The notes beneath the pieces are model-generated. The model made no database searches. It saw only the letters and a list, made by a program, of their open reading frames with translations, and was not told the origin of the DNA. This document shows positions 36,353 to 46,800 of a DNA stretch of 64,000 nucleotides, one piece after another. The stretch comes from an uncultured bacterium (lineage in GTDB: Bacteria; Fidelibacterota; Marinisomatia; SCGC-AAA003-L08; JACNLC01): positions 193,276 through 257,275 of the forward strand of contig CAZGNZ010000001.1 of assembly GCA_964527215.1 (NCBI GenBank), written 5' to 3'. The translations under genes and the position numbers were made by a program. Each line of letters starts with the position of its first letter. Position 1 is the stretch's first letter.

Positions 36353-37873
36353 ATGCTGAAATTCATGCTGATGATACTGGACGGATTCGGACTGCGGTCG
36401 GAATCGGAAAACAATGCTGTCCTTCTTGCAGACACCCCCAACATCGACCGTCTCATGGCCGGCTGTCCCATGGTGCCCCTGGAAGCTTCGGGTCCGGCGG
36501 TGGGTCTGCCCGACGGCGTCATGGGCAACTCCGAGGTGGGGCATATGAATATCGGCGCGGGCCGGATTGTCCGGCAGGATCTGGTGCGCATCAACGACGA
36601 TGCCGCTTCCGGCCGCCTGGCGGAAAATACCGAATTGATAAACCTTTTTCAGTCCGTAAAGCAGAACCACCGCACCCTGCATCTCATGGGGCTGTTCAGT
36701 GACGGCGGCGTTCACAGCCATCTGGATCACCTGGAAACCATCATACGGGCTGCCGCAAACTTCGGACTCAGTGACATCGCGGTGCATGCCGTCACGGACG
36801 GTCGGGACACTCCGCCCCGCAGCGGCATCAGATACATTGCCGGTTTCCAGCAGAAAATGAACGAAATCGGCGTCGGACGCATTGCCACTGTCTGCGGAAG
36901 ATACTACATGATGGACCGTGACCAGCGCTGGGACCGGGTGGAAAAAGGGTACCGCCTGCTCACCGAATCGGACGGGGAAAAATATGACGAACCCGCTGCT
37001 GCCGTGCAGGCCAGCTACGACAATGATGTGACAGACGAATTCATCCTGCCCAAAGTAATCGGTACGCCCCAGCCGCTGCAGGACGGCGACGGACTTCTCC
37101 TGTTCAACTACCGCGCCGACCGCATGCGCGAAATTACGAGGGCATTGACGGAAGACGGATTCAGCGCTTTCAGCGTCCGGCCTCTGAATCTGCATCTGAC
37201 CACGATGACCCGCTATCAGGAAAATTTCACCGTTCCGGTCCTGTTTCCGCCGGAACAGCTGACCAATATTTTCGGAGAAATCCTGGCGCAGCACCATCTG
37301 CGTCAACTGAGAATAGCCGAAACCGAGAAGTATGCCCACGTGACCTATTTTTTCAACGGCGGCAGCGAACAGACTTTTGACGGGGAAGACCGGATTCTGG
37401 TACCGTCGCCCAAAGTCGCCACCTACGACCTGCAGCCGGAAATGAGTGCGCCTGAGGTGACGGACGGTGTCATGGAGGCCATCCGCAGCGACAAGTATGA
37501 AGGCATCATCCTGAATTTCGCCAACCCGGACATGGTGGGCCACACCGGGATTCTGGCTGCCGCAATACGGGCCGCCGAAACGGTGGACCGCTCCGTGGGC
37601 CGCATCACCGAACTGCTGGCGGAAAAGGACGCCGCCCTGTTTCTTACCGCCGATCACGGCAATCTGGAAATGATGGTCGATCCCGAAACCGGTCAGCCCC
37701 ATACGGCACACACCACCAATCCGGTGCCCTTCCTGTTAAAGACCGCCCGATCCGGTCTGTCGTTGGATGGAACCGGTAAACTGGCCGATATCGCCCCCAC
37801 CATACTTGATTTTCTGGAAGTGGCGCAGCCGAAGGAAATGACCGGGCGGAGTCTGCTCACACGCCGGGGCTGA
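36353..37873 (+). CDS. gpmI: 2,3-bisphosphoglycerate-independent phosphoglycerate mutase
   Basis: MLKFMLMILDGFGLR...NSEVGHMNIGAGR...TDGRDTPP...ADHGN are classic iPGM motifs. The ORF opens at 36275, but the conserved N-terminus begins at ATG 36353. Confidence 0.95.
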   Translation: MLKFMLMILDGFGLRSESENNAVLLADTPNIDRLMAGCPMVPLEASGPAVGLPDGVMGNSEVGHMNIGAGRIVRQDLVRINDDAASGRLAENTELINLFQSVKQNHRTLHLMGLFSDGGVHSHLDHLETIIRAAANFGLSDIAVHAVTDGRDTPPRSGIRYIAGFQQKMNEIGVGRIATVCGRYYMMDRDQRWDRVEKGYRLLTESDGEKYDEPAAAVQASYDNDVTDEFILPKVIGTPQPLQDGDGLLLFNYRADRMREITRALTEDGFSAFSVRPLNLHLTTMTRYQENFTVPVLFPPEQLTNIFGEILAQHHLRQLRIAETEKYAHVTYFFNGGSEQTFDGEDRILVPSPKVATYDLQPEMSAPEVTDGVMEAIRSDKYEGIILNFANPDMVGHTGILAAAIRAAETVDRSVGRITELLAEKDAALFLTADHGNLEMMVDPETGQPHTAHTTNPVPFLLKTARSGLSLDGTGKLADIAPTILDFLEVAQPKEMTGRSLLTRRG

Positions 37874-37902
37874 TCCCGAAGCGCAGCCGTACATCCGCAT
37901 TT

Positions 37903-37938
37903 GCCCTTGTCGAAAGAAACCCGCAGGGGCTAATTTTT
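37903..37938 (+). terminator. Possible rho-independent terminator after gpmI
   Basis: GCCCTTG...CAGGGGC stem (includes G-U pairs) followed by TAATTTTTGG. Confidence 0.4.
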
Positions 37939-38041
37939 GGTCAGGTACCGGACATCAATTGTCTGTTCCGCAATATCTTACTGCTGCAGAAACCGCAGCA
38001 TTCCGGATAACGCCTTCGCGGGCGTCGATGAGACTTCCTGA

Positions 38042-39631
38042 ATGATCACACGAATTGGTATAACAACCGCACTCCTGTTTCTGACCTGCCTGACGGGGCA
38101 GAATTTCATCTATGAGCCGGATGACTGGGAAATCATCCATCCGCCCGGTGCCGTCAATGCGGTAACGGCGGACTACTACAATGTGTATTTCGGCACCGAT
38201 GAGGGCATATATACCTGGAATATCACGGATCAGGAACTGTTTTACGACTACGGGCTGTCCCGGGATTTGGCCGGACTGAAGATATATCATCTCTATTACG
38301 ACACCCATACCAGCAATTTCTGGTGTTCTCATGAAGACGGCCTGAGTTTCAAATCGGACATGGCCTCCCATTGGCGGCGGGCGGTTTTTGATCCTCCGCA
38401 CTGGGAAGTGGATGACATCGGCAGCACGTCTGACTACATCTGCATCCGCAACGGAGGGGAATACCGTTTTGTGAATCCATTCAGCGGGTATCTGGAAGAT
38501 CCGGAGTATCCGCCGGACGATTCGGATATTGAGTGGGGCAATTCGCGTTTCGGCCGCGCCGGCGTCGATGTGACCCTGTTCGGATATCAGCTGGATCCGG
38601 CATATCAGTCTGTTAAGCGGCTGAATGACGAATTTTTCTACGCTGTGCCGACCGTGGCACTGGAGGATTTTGACGGGAACACCTTTATCGGAACCGCATC
38701 CGGTACCATCTACATCAGCCGCTTCCGTTCCCGGCTGGTGGAACCGCTGCAGGTGGGGCTGGGCCTGCCTGAAATCACCGAGGTGTATGAGGATGAAACC
38801 GGCAGCTGGTGGTTTGGTGACAGCGAATATAAGCGGAAAGGTTTTTCTCAGTACTCCCGGGATCTCTTTCTGTCGCGCTGGCTGCCTGATCAGGGACGAT
38901 GGATAAACTATTATTCTGATGAAAGCAGCGTGATTCGAAATACGAATATCAACTGCATGGTTCGGGATGGATATTTCCTGTTCTGCGGGACCATGGAAGG
39001 GATACTGGCATTGAATGTTGACGGCCGCGACTGGGAATCCGTCACTCGCGGATTGAAGGATGACGCGGTCTGGGATCTGGCCGTTATCGGCGATGTGCTG
39101 CTGGCAGCCACTGCCCGGGGCATCAGTGAAATCGCCCTGGAATCACTGTTGGTACTGCCGCCCACCAAGCAGTATGAACGATTCAACCGCATTGAGGTCT
39201 ATGATTTTGAAAAGGATGCCCGGTACCTGTATGTCGCCGCGGCAAACGGGCTGCACCGGATGGAATTGGACACGGGATTCTGGCAGCGCCTGGATGATCG
39301 TTTCTACCGGGAAGTACATGTCACGGACAGCGGAATTTTTGCTTCGGACGGGATGATCTGGAAAATTATCCCCGGGGAAGATCCGGAGATGGTCCATGCC
39401 GGTGATGTCTTTAATTTTCATCCGAACAGGAACTATCTCTGGATCAATGAGAGAAATTCAGCCGTCCTTATCGACCGGAATTCCGCAGGGGAATGGACAT
39501 TCACAAAGGAGGACGGAATCCCGGGATCACTTATTTACCAGCTGGGTTCAGACGGAGAATTTGTCTGGTTTGCCACCAATAACGGAATCGCATATTTCAA
39601 CTGGAGTCGGTATTTTAAACTTGAAAAATAG
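38042..39631 (+). CDS. Secreted beta-propeller protein with Reg_prop-like repeats
   Basis: Signal peptide MITRIGITTALLFLTCLTG. Recurrent (F/A)GT..G(I/L) blades (VYFGTDEGIYTW, TFIGTASGTIYIS, LFCGTMEGILAL, LLAATARGISEI, YVAAANGLHRM, VWFATNNGIAYF). Confidence 0.6.
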   Translation: MITRIGITTALLFLTCLTGQNFIYEPDDWEIIHPPGAVNAVTADYYNVYFGTDEGIYTWNITDQELFYDYGLSRDLAGLKIYHLYYDTHTSNFWCSHEDGLSFKSDMASHWRRAVFDPPHWEVDDIGSTSDYICIRNGGEYRFVNPFSGYLEDPEYPPDDSDIEWGNSRFGRAGVDVTLFGYQLDPAYQSVKRLNDEFFYAVPTVALEDFDGNTFIGTASGTIYISRFRSRLVEPLQVGLGLPEITEVYEDETGSWWFGDSEYKRKGFSQYSRDLFLSRWLPDQGRWINYYSDESSVIRNTNINCMVRDGYFLFCGTMEGILALNVDGRDWESVTRGLKDDAVWDLAVIGDVLLAATARGISEIALESLLVLPPTKQYERFNRIEVYDFEKDARYLYVAAANGLHRMELDTGFWQRLDDRFYREVHVTDSGIFASDGMIWKIIPGEDPEMVHAGDVFNFHPNRNYLWINERNSAVLIDRNSAGEWTFTKEDGIPGSLIYQLGSDGEFVWFATNNGIAYFNWSRYFKLEK

Positions 39632-39638
39632 CCTGATA

Positions 39639-40805
39639 ATGTTTGCAGTCATCGCTCTTTTCTGGTCCTGTTCGGGGTCACGACAGAGTATAAATCCCGC
39701 ACACCGAAGCGGCCGCTCTGAAATGATGGTTCAGGTACTGTACCCGGAGGGTGATCTGATCCGCGTGAATGTACATGCCCGGGTGCCCAATCAGCGGTTT
39801 ATCTTTCTGAAGGAAAAAGACCATTTTGCCTGTAGGGTCGAGTATATCCTCAATATCATCAACCAGGAGTCCGGAAAGCAGGTATTCCATAAATCATGGA
39901 AAGACAGATACACCGAATCATACTATGAAGACACTCGGGATCCGCATCGGTATATCTGGACGGACTGGAGTCTGAGTCTTTCTCCCGGTGACTATGTCTT
40001 CTCGCTGATGGTTGTTGATCTCGACAGCCGCCGTGAATGGAATATGAAGGAGAAGGTGCAGATAGTGCCGCCCGACGGATGGAGCCGTCCGTTTCTGGTT
40101 ACTCCCGGAAAAGAGGGTTTCCAGCTGGCGGGAACGCTCCTGCAGGGGAAAGTGGATACGGCATGGTTCCGCTTCTATGCCCAGGAAGAACTGCCGGCGT
40201 CCGGCATGAAGTATGAACTCAAATACCGGAAAACCGTTCTGGATTCCGGAATCGTAACTCCCCAGACGGCAGGTTCTGAAAATCAGTTTCAGTTCGCTGT
40301 CCCGGTTCAGACCGAATGGGCGGGTGAACTGGAACTGAAAGTCTCAATGAATGACCGAAGTGAGACTGTCCGGTTTACGGTTATTCAAACCTCCGCTGAC
40401 CAGTATCTTCAGGATCTGGAGGAGGTGGTGAAACTGATGTCGCTGATTCTTGAAAATGATGAGTATCAGGAACTGAAGAAAATGAAACCGGACCGGCAGC
40501 GTCAGTTTATTATCCGTTACTGGACGGAGCATGATCCCACGCCGGGCACGGCTGAAAACGAACTGATGGTGGAATTTTTTGAAAGAGTGGATTATGCCAA
40601 TATCCACTTCGGCGCACTGAATGTCGGCTGGCGCTCGGACCGCGGACGAATCTACATCAAGTACGGTGCACCCTCCTCCATTGAAACATCATCGCAGGAT
40701 GTGTACGGAAGAACCTATCAAATCTGGTACTATCCCTCCAATAAACAATTTGTTTTTATGGATGATGGTTTTGGAGATTATCGACTTCTCCGAGAGGTAA
40801 ATTAG
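39639..40805 (+). CDS. GWxTD domain-containing lipoprotein
   Basis: The ORF opens at 39396, overlapping the previous gene. In-frame ATG 39639 gives MFAVIALFWSCSG (lipobox). The C-terminal GWRSDRGRIYIKYGAPSSIE matches the GWxTD domain signature. Confidence 0.75.
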   Translation: MFAVIALFWSCSGSRQSINPAHRSGRSEMMVQVLYPEGDLIRVNVHARVPNQRFIFLKEKDHFACRVEYILNIINQESGKQVFHKSWKDRYTESYYEDTRDPHRYIWTDWSLSLSPGDYVFSLMVVDLDSRREWNMKEKVQIVPPDGWSRPFLVTPGKEGFQLAGTLLQGKVDTAWFRFYAQEELPASGMKYELKYRKTVLDSGIVTPQTAGSENQFQFAVPVQTEWAGELELKVSMNDRSETVRFTVIQTSADQYLQDLEEVVKLMSLILENDEYQELKKMKPDRQRQFIIRYWTEHDPTPGTAENELMVEFFERVDYANIHFGALNVGWRSDRGRIYIKYGAPSSIETSSQDVYGRTYQIWYYPSNKQFVFMDDGFGDYRLLREVN

Positions 40806-40806
40806 T

Positions 40807-41628
40807 TTGTCAAATCATCATACGTTATCACTTTCCGATCATTTTTCCTATTCGCAGATCAGCACATTCAAAATGTGCCGTGAGCAGTACAAGCTTATCT
40901 ATATCGACGGCATTCGCAAAGACGATGAAAGCATTGAAGCATTCATGGGAAAATGCGTCCATGCCACCCTGGAATGGCTGTATCAGCCAAAAAATCTGGA
41001 GAAACCCTACATCACATTTGACCGCGTGTGCCAGAAGTATGATGATATCTGGCTGGAATTGTGGCACGACACAATATACATCTCGGATCCCCGCAGTTCA
41101 ACGGATGGATATTATTCCATCGGCAAGCGCTGTCTGGCGAATTACTACAGCAAATATGGTCCGACCTTTGAAGAAGGGGTGACGGGCGTGGAGCTGGAGC
41201 TTGATTTTGAACTGGAGGGGGGCTACCTGTTTCGCGGCGTCATCGACCGGCTGGACAATCCCAACCCCGGCAAGTGGGTGATTCACGATTACAAGACCGG
41301 AAAGCATATAAAATCCGAACGGTCCGCTCGAAATGACATTCAGCTGGCGCTGTATCAGATTGCAGTGGAGTCCAATTTTGAGAATGTATCCGAAGTGGAG
41401 TTGAAATGGCACTACCTCAGAAACGGGCATGAAGTCACCATTTCCCACACCGAAGAGGAAATCCAGCAGTTCAAACAAAAACTGATTCGGGAAGTGGATA
41501 AAATCATCAGACTTTCACAGGACCCCGCCAACTTTTATCCCCGTGAATCGGTGCTGTGCAACTGGTGCTACCGCTGGGCGGAATGCTCAGCCAAATCAAC
41601 ACCCAATCCTGCCCCCAGAGCAACCTGA
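40807..41628 (+). CDS. PD-(D/E)XK nuclease with Cas4/AddB-like Cys cluster
   Basis: GVIDRLD...IHDYKTGK (D...D/ExK core). One N-terminal Cys (FKMCREQY) plus C-terminal CNWCYRWAEC (CX2CX5C), the pattern of 4Fe-4S RecB-family nucleases. TTG start. Confidence 0.75.
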   Translation: MSNHHTLSLSDHFSYSQISTFKMCREQYKLIYIDGIRKDDESIEAFMGKCVHATLEWLYQPKNLEKPYITFDRVCQKYDDIWLELWHDTIYISDPRSSTDGYYSIGKRCLANYYSKYGPTFEEGVTGVELELDFELEGGYLFRGVIDRLDNPNPGKWVIHDYKTGKHIKSERSARNDIQLALYQIAVESNFENVSEVELKWHYLRNGHEVTISHTEEEIQQFKQKLIREVDKIIRLSQDPANFYPRESVLCNWCYRWAECSAKSTPNPAPRAT

Positions 41629-41734
41629 CGATCCCTGCTTTATGATCGGCATTGGTTAAAATATCCTTCTGCCGCATGCGCAGGACCCAGGCAGCAAAAA
41701 CAGTATCCGTCAACCCATCAAACCCGGATAGGAT

Positions 41735-42178
41735 ATGTCTGATTTAAAAATCTGTACGCCGATAACAGACAACGATTTTGCGAATTATTATACCCTGCGC
41801 TGGCTTGTGCTTCGTAAACCCTGGAATCAGCCGCCCGGCAGTGAAAAAGATGAGCTGGAAAGCGAAGCGCTGCACCGGATGGTATGTGACCGGGAAGGCA
41901 TTGTTCGGGGAACCGGCCGGCTGCATCTGAACAGTCCCGCTGAAGCACAGATCCGGTATATGGCTGTTCATCCGGAGTTTCACCGGCAGGGAATCGGACG
42001 AATGATTCTGATGGCCCTTGAAGCTGCCGCCCGGGGAGAGCACGCGAAGCGGATCGTTCTCAATGCCCGGGACAATGCCCTTGCCTTCTATAAAGCGCTT
42101 GGATATGTTCAGAAGGGGAAATCGTATGTGCTGTATGACAGCATCCAGCATTTCTTGATGGAGAAAATACTGCTATAG
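41735..42178 (+). CDS. GNAT family N-acetyltransferase
   Basis: Acetyl-CoA motif A: RYMAVHPEFHRQGIGRMIL...ARDNALAFYKALGY. Confidence 0.85.
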   Translation: MSDLKICTPITDNDFANYYTLRWLVLRKPWNQPPGSEKDELESEALHRMVCDREGIVRGTGRLHLNSPAEAQIRYMAVHPEFHRQGIGRMILMALEAAARGEHAKRIVLNARDNALAFYKALGYVQKGKSYVLYDSIQHFLMEKILL

Positions 42179-43273
42179 ATCTATCAGAGCCTGATCATAT
42201 TCCGCGGCCGTTCGGACCCAGCTGAAGCGGGCCAGTTTCGACCGGATATCCGGCGGCGGAGTTCCGTCAAAATTTCCGAGCATTGACTTTAAACGGATTT
42301 CCAGTTCATCTGCATCCCCGTAAAACTGTGCATTTCGAGGGAATTCGGAATACAGCTCCGGGTAGGACAGCCGTGTCGGCAGCAGCGCAAGGGTCCGACA
42401 GTAAATTGCTTCCAGAACGCTGAGTCCGAAAAAATCATGTGTGGAAACCACCGGCAGCAGATCAGCCTGCCAAAGCATCCTGCAGTAGTCCGCCCGATCC
42501 CTGACAAATCCCCGATGGATGATTTCCCGGTCCAGCTGACGGATCAGGCTGTCAGTTTCAGAATCCGTCCGACCGGGCTGTGCCCCCAGCAGCACGGTTC
42601 TGAACTGGAACCCATCCGATTTCAGACGAACCAGCAGCTGAAGAAATTCCAGCGGGTTTTTATCGTATTCCCAACGGTGATTCCAACAGATGACCGGAAG
42701 TCTGCACAGTCGGTCCCGGGTCTGGAACCGATCGAAAGAATTCGAATCAAACCCAAGATATCTGACGGTGCTTTTTTTTGATATTTTACTCGGGGATTCC
42801 GGCAGCCGGTGATCCGGCATCTGCTTCAAAAAAGCATTCAGGCCCTTGTGAAATTCCCGAAGGTGATAATTCGAATTGAACCAGACTGCGTCCGCAGCCA
42901 AAGCCGACACGGTATTGATATACCCGTAATGATGATCCCGATGATGGAGCTGATCGGTATCCAGCCTGGATTTCGGATAGGTAAACTGGTTTTCATGAAA
43001 ATAGAGGACGGTCCTGACTGCCGGCAGGCTCCGCCGGACCAGTCCCAGGAATTCAGCAAGGTTTACCATATCCGTAGCGATGACAGCGTCTGCCTGAAAA
43101 CCGGATTCCAGAACCATTTCTGCCAGAGTCACGGCACCGCCGTGCATTCGCCATTTCCAGTGTCTGCCCGGAAGCTTCAGAATTCTGACATCATGCCGGC
43201 TGTGTTTTCTGTACCCCTGTGCCCAGTGGGCATGAGACGCCGTCCAGTAGCTGTCCGCAATAAGTATTTTCAT
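42173..43273 (-). CDS. DUF3524-type GT4-like glycosyltransferase (homolog family of eukaryotic tRNA-queuosine mannosyltransferase)
   Basis: MKILIADSYWTASHAHWAQGY...RILKLPGRHWKWRMHGGAVTLA is the characteristic DUF3524 N-terminus. The ORF opens at 43411, but the conserved N-terminus starts at ATG 43273. Confidence 0.7.
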   Translation of the reverse strand: MKILIADSYWTASHAHWAQGYRKHSRHDVRILKLPGRHWKWRMHGGAVTLAEMVLESGFQADAVIATDMVNLAEFLGLVRRSLPAVRTVLYFHENQFTYPKSRLDTDQLHHRDHHYGYINTVSALAADAVWFNSNYHLREFHKGLNAFLKQMPDHRLPESPSKISKKSTVRYLGFDSNSFDRFQTRDRLCRLPVICWNHRWEYDKNPLEFLQLLVRLKSDGFQFRTVLLGAQPGRTDSETDSLIRQLDREIIHRGFVRDRADYCRMLWQADLLPVVSTHDFFGLSVLEAIYCRTLALLPTRLSYPELYSEFPRNAQFYGDADELEIRLKSMLGNFDGTPPPDIRSKLARFSWVRTAAEYDQALIDL

Positions 43274-43825
43274 TGATTTTCGTATTCGCTGCAGCGGAAA
43301 GTTACAGCAGTCCGGACCGTTCCATGCCACAACAATGGTCACACCCCGCACGGGTGACAGAGCGGCTGGCAGACGACCGGGATCTGCCTGATGACCGGGA
43401 AGGCAGCACATGCATTCTTGGCTGCCGAATACTCCGGACAGACCGGTCTGAAGCGACCATTCAGACGGATTCCGAATTCAGACAGTAGCGCTGTTTCCAG
43501 CAGGAAATGATACAAAACCCGCCGACACAAACCGAACGCTGAAGGGATCGGAAATTGCGTATTAAAACCTGCTGAAGGGGTAAAAATATGAAACACCGGG
43601 GGCCGTAATCAGCGGTTCTGAATACGGCATGAACCCTGTTAAAAAAAAATTATATAACCGTCAAGCATAAACTTCACCTAAAGCATTGATATTTACAGGA
43701 ATTGGCAGAATAAGTTTTACATATTGATACAAAGAATATTTGGATATGAAAAGGGGGGCGGGTATAGTTTCCGCTGGGTTATTTTATATGGATTTGATAA
43801 TTAAGAAATCATAATGGAGTCTTAA

Positions 43826-46800
43826 GTGAAAACAACGCGTCTGTATACCGCACTTACATTTATTTTCTTAACCTTCCTCTCTGCCGGGACGCTGGGCAGA
43901 TTTGAGCTGATGGAACCATCAGATTCTGAAACACGATTGAACTTTCGGCTGGATCAGTTTTCAATGACTGAAACGGGTCGATTCCAGAAGTTTGAAATCG
44001 AGACCGCGGGGAAAACAACGGAAGCCGGGATGCCGGAACTGCCGGTTTTCTCCACAATGTTCCAGATGGAGCCCGGAATCACCTATGAGGTTACATACCA
44101 GGTTCGGCAATCCAGCGTGATGACAGATATCGATCTTCTGCCTTCCAGCGGGATTGAAGAACCGGAACCCGGTCAGGAAACTGCCGATCCGGATGACAGC
44201 GCTTACGGCACTATCGCAGTGTATCCCCAGAGTAATATTTCAATATCAGAACCGCACATCATGCGGGGACTGGAGCTGGCGGTAGTGACCCTGATTCCCT
44301 TCAGCTATTCACCTCAGACCCGGCAGTTGGAGATTTATGAAGAGGTTGAAATTCAGGTGTTTGAAAGCGGCACCCGTCCGATTGGGAATATCGTGAACAT
44401 GCCCCGGTCCCGCACCTTTGAACCGCTGTATGAATCCCTAATTGTGAATTATGAGCCGACCGACCGGGATGAAGATTTTCAGCAGCCGGCAATACTGTAT
44501 GTCTGCGGCGGCGGCAGCAACGGTGCCATCAATCATCCATCCTTCAACGATCTGGTGGAATGGCGTCATCAGAGAGGCTGGGTGGTATATACGGCACACA
44601 CCGGTCAGACCGGATCCAGCAGCAGCAACATCAAAAATTATATCGAAGATGCCTATGAAACCCTGAACCCACCACCGGAAATCGTGGGCCTGGTCGGAGA
44701 CGTGGGCGGATCATTTGATATCCCCACCTGGTATGAAAACTGGTCCTGGTACAGCGGGGAAGGGGATCACCCCTATTCACAGCTGGACGGCACCGATATT
44801 TTCCCGGAAGTATTGATCGGACGTATCTCCGTCAACAGCAGCACGGATATTGCCAATGTGATCAACAAGACAATTGCATACGAGCAGGCATATTATGTTG
44901 AAAACAACTGGCTGGAAAAAGCCGCGCTGGTGGGTGACCCGACTCATTCCGGCCTGTCCACAATTATTACAAACCAGTATATCGAAAACATGATGTCGAA
45001 TTACGGATTTGAGGACATTCGAACCAACTACGGTGACGGGAACTACTCTTCCTGGATGCAGAGCCAGCTGAATGAAGGAATTGCCTATTTCAACTACCGG
45101 GGCTACATCGGTACCAGCGGATTTGGCACGTCCAACATCAACAATGCCAATAACGGTTATATGACGCCCTTTGTCACATTTCTGACATGTTCAACCGGCG
45201 GATTTTCCGGAACAGCCATTACGGAAAGCTTCCTGCGCGCAGGCACGGTTGCCTCGCCAAAGGGGGGTGTGGCTGCCATTGGAACCGCCACTTCAGGAAC
45301 CCATACCCTGTATAACAATATTGTCCAGATGGGTATTTACGAAGGCATATTCTCACGCGGGCTGGAGACCGCAGGCGGTGCCCTTGCATCCGGCAAACTG
45401 GCCCTTTACAATGCCTATCCAAACAATCCGGATGATAAGGTCAGCATCTTTACCCACTGGAACAATCTTATGGGTGATCCGGGACTGCATCTTTGGACCG
45501 ATACACCGCTGCAGCTGATTGTTGAACATGCCGAAACCGTGGGTGCCGGCACCAACATCATTGATGTCCTCGTTACCGATACCGACGGCATTCCCGTTGA
45601 GGATGCCTGGGTGACACTGCTCGCGGATGATGATGCGATTTTTACCACCGTTCTGACCAATTCGGAAGGTTTGGCAACATTGCCCCTGAATACCGAATAT
45701 ACCGGTGACGTTCTCGTGACTGTCACAAAGAAAAATGTTGCTCCCAGTCAAACCAGCTTTGATATCTCCAGTGATGGTCCGGCAGTTAACATCGTCGAAA
45801 CAGACATCACGGTAGATGATTCCGCAGGGAACAATGACGGGATACTGAACCCCGGTGAAACCGTCACACTCACCATCGCTTTCGCCAATTACGGCAATGA
45901 ACCTGCCGAAAATGTTGTTGCCACGATTTCCTCTGATAACGAACTGGTTGAATTTCAGAACACCTCTTCAACGTTTGAATTTTTTGATTTAGGCCAGCTT
46001 TACTACGGAAACTATGAGTTCACTCTGGCTGCGGAAGCCGTTCAGAATGAGGCTCTGGGACTTCGAATTGATATGATGGATGCGGGCGGCGTCAGCGGCG
46101 TGGCGTCTGTACCCATGCACGTCAATGGTGCAAAACTGGAAATTGACGGATACTCTGTTGTAGGTCAGGATTATCTGCTGGCAGGCGTATCCAATCAGGT
46201 CCGGGTAGAACTCTACAACGAGGGCATGGTCTCATCAGAAAACGTTCAGGGATATGTCATCAGCCATACCCAGCTGCTGGATGTGGAAACCGCAGATTTG
46301 AGCTGGAACAGCATCGAAAGTCTGGGAAGTGCAGAAAGCAGTCAGACATTTTCCGTTTATGCCAGCAACGATATTATCCGTGGCTCAATCCTGAGTCTGG
46401 AAATAGAGTTGTGGAATGATGCCGGTTACGACCGATCGGTAATCCTGAACCTCCAGGTGGGCGAGGTCACGGTTATGGATCCTCTCGGACCCGATGCATT
46501 TGGACATTATATCTATGATTCCGAAGATCTGAATTACAGTCTGGCAGTTCCCTATGACTGGATTGAAATTGATCCTTCACTGGGCGGAGACGGGACATCG
46601 CTGAACCTGAACGATCAGGGGTACGGCAACCCGGTTTCACAGCTGTCCGCCCATTTGGATATCCCCTTCACCTTTACCTTTTACGGTGTGGATTATACAG
46701 AAATCAGCGTAAGCAGCAACGGCTGGATTTCTTTCGGGGATGTAGAGAGCGAATCGTTCCGGAATTATCCGTTGCCCGGACCCGGCGGACCGTCCCCAAT

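Noticed and set aside
43700-43730. AATTGGCAGAATAAGTTTTACAT upstream of the first C25 gene, as a possible sigma-54 promoter.
   Set aside because: The -24-like TGGCAG is present, but there is no TTGC at the required spacing.
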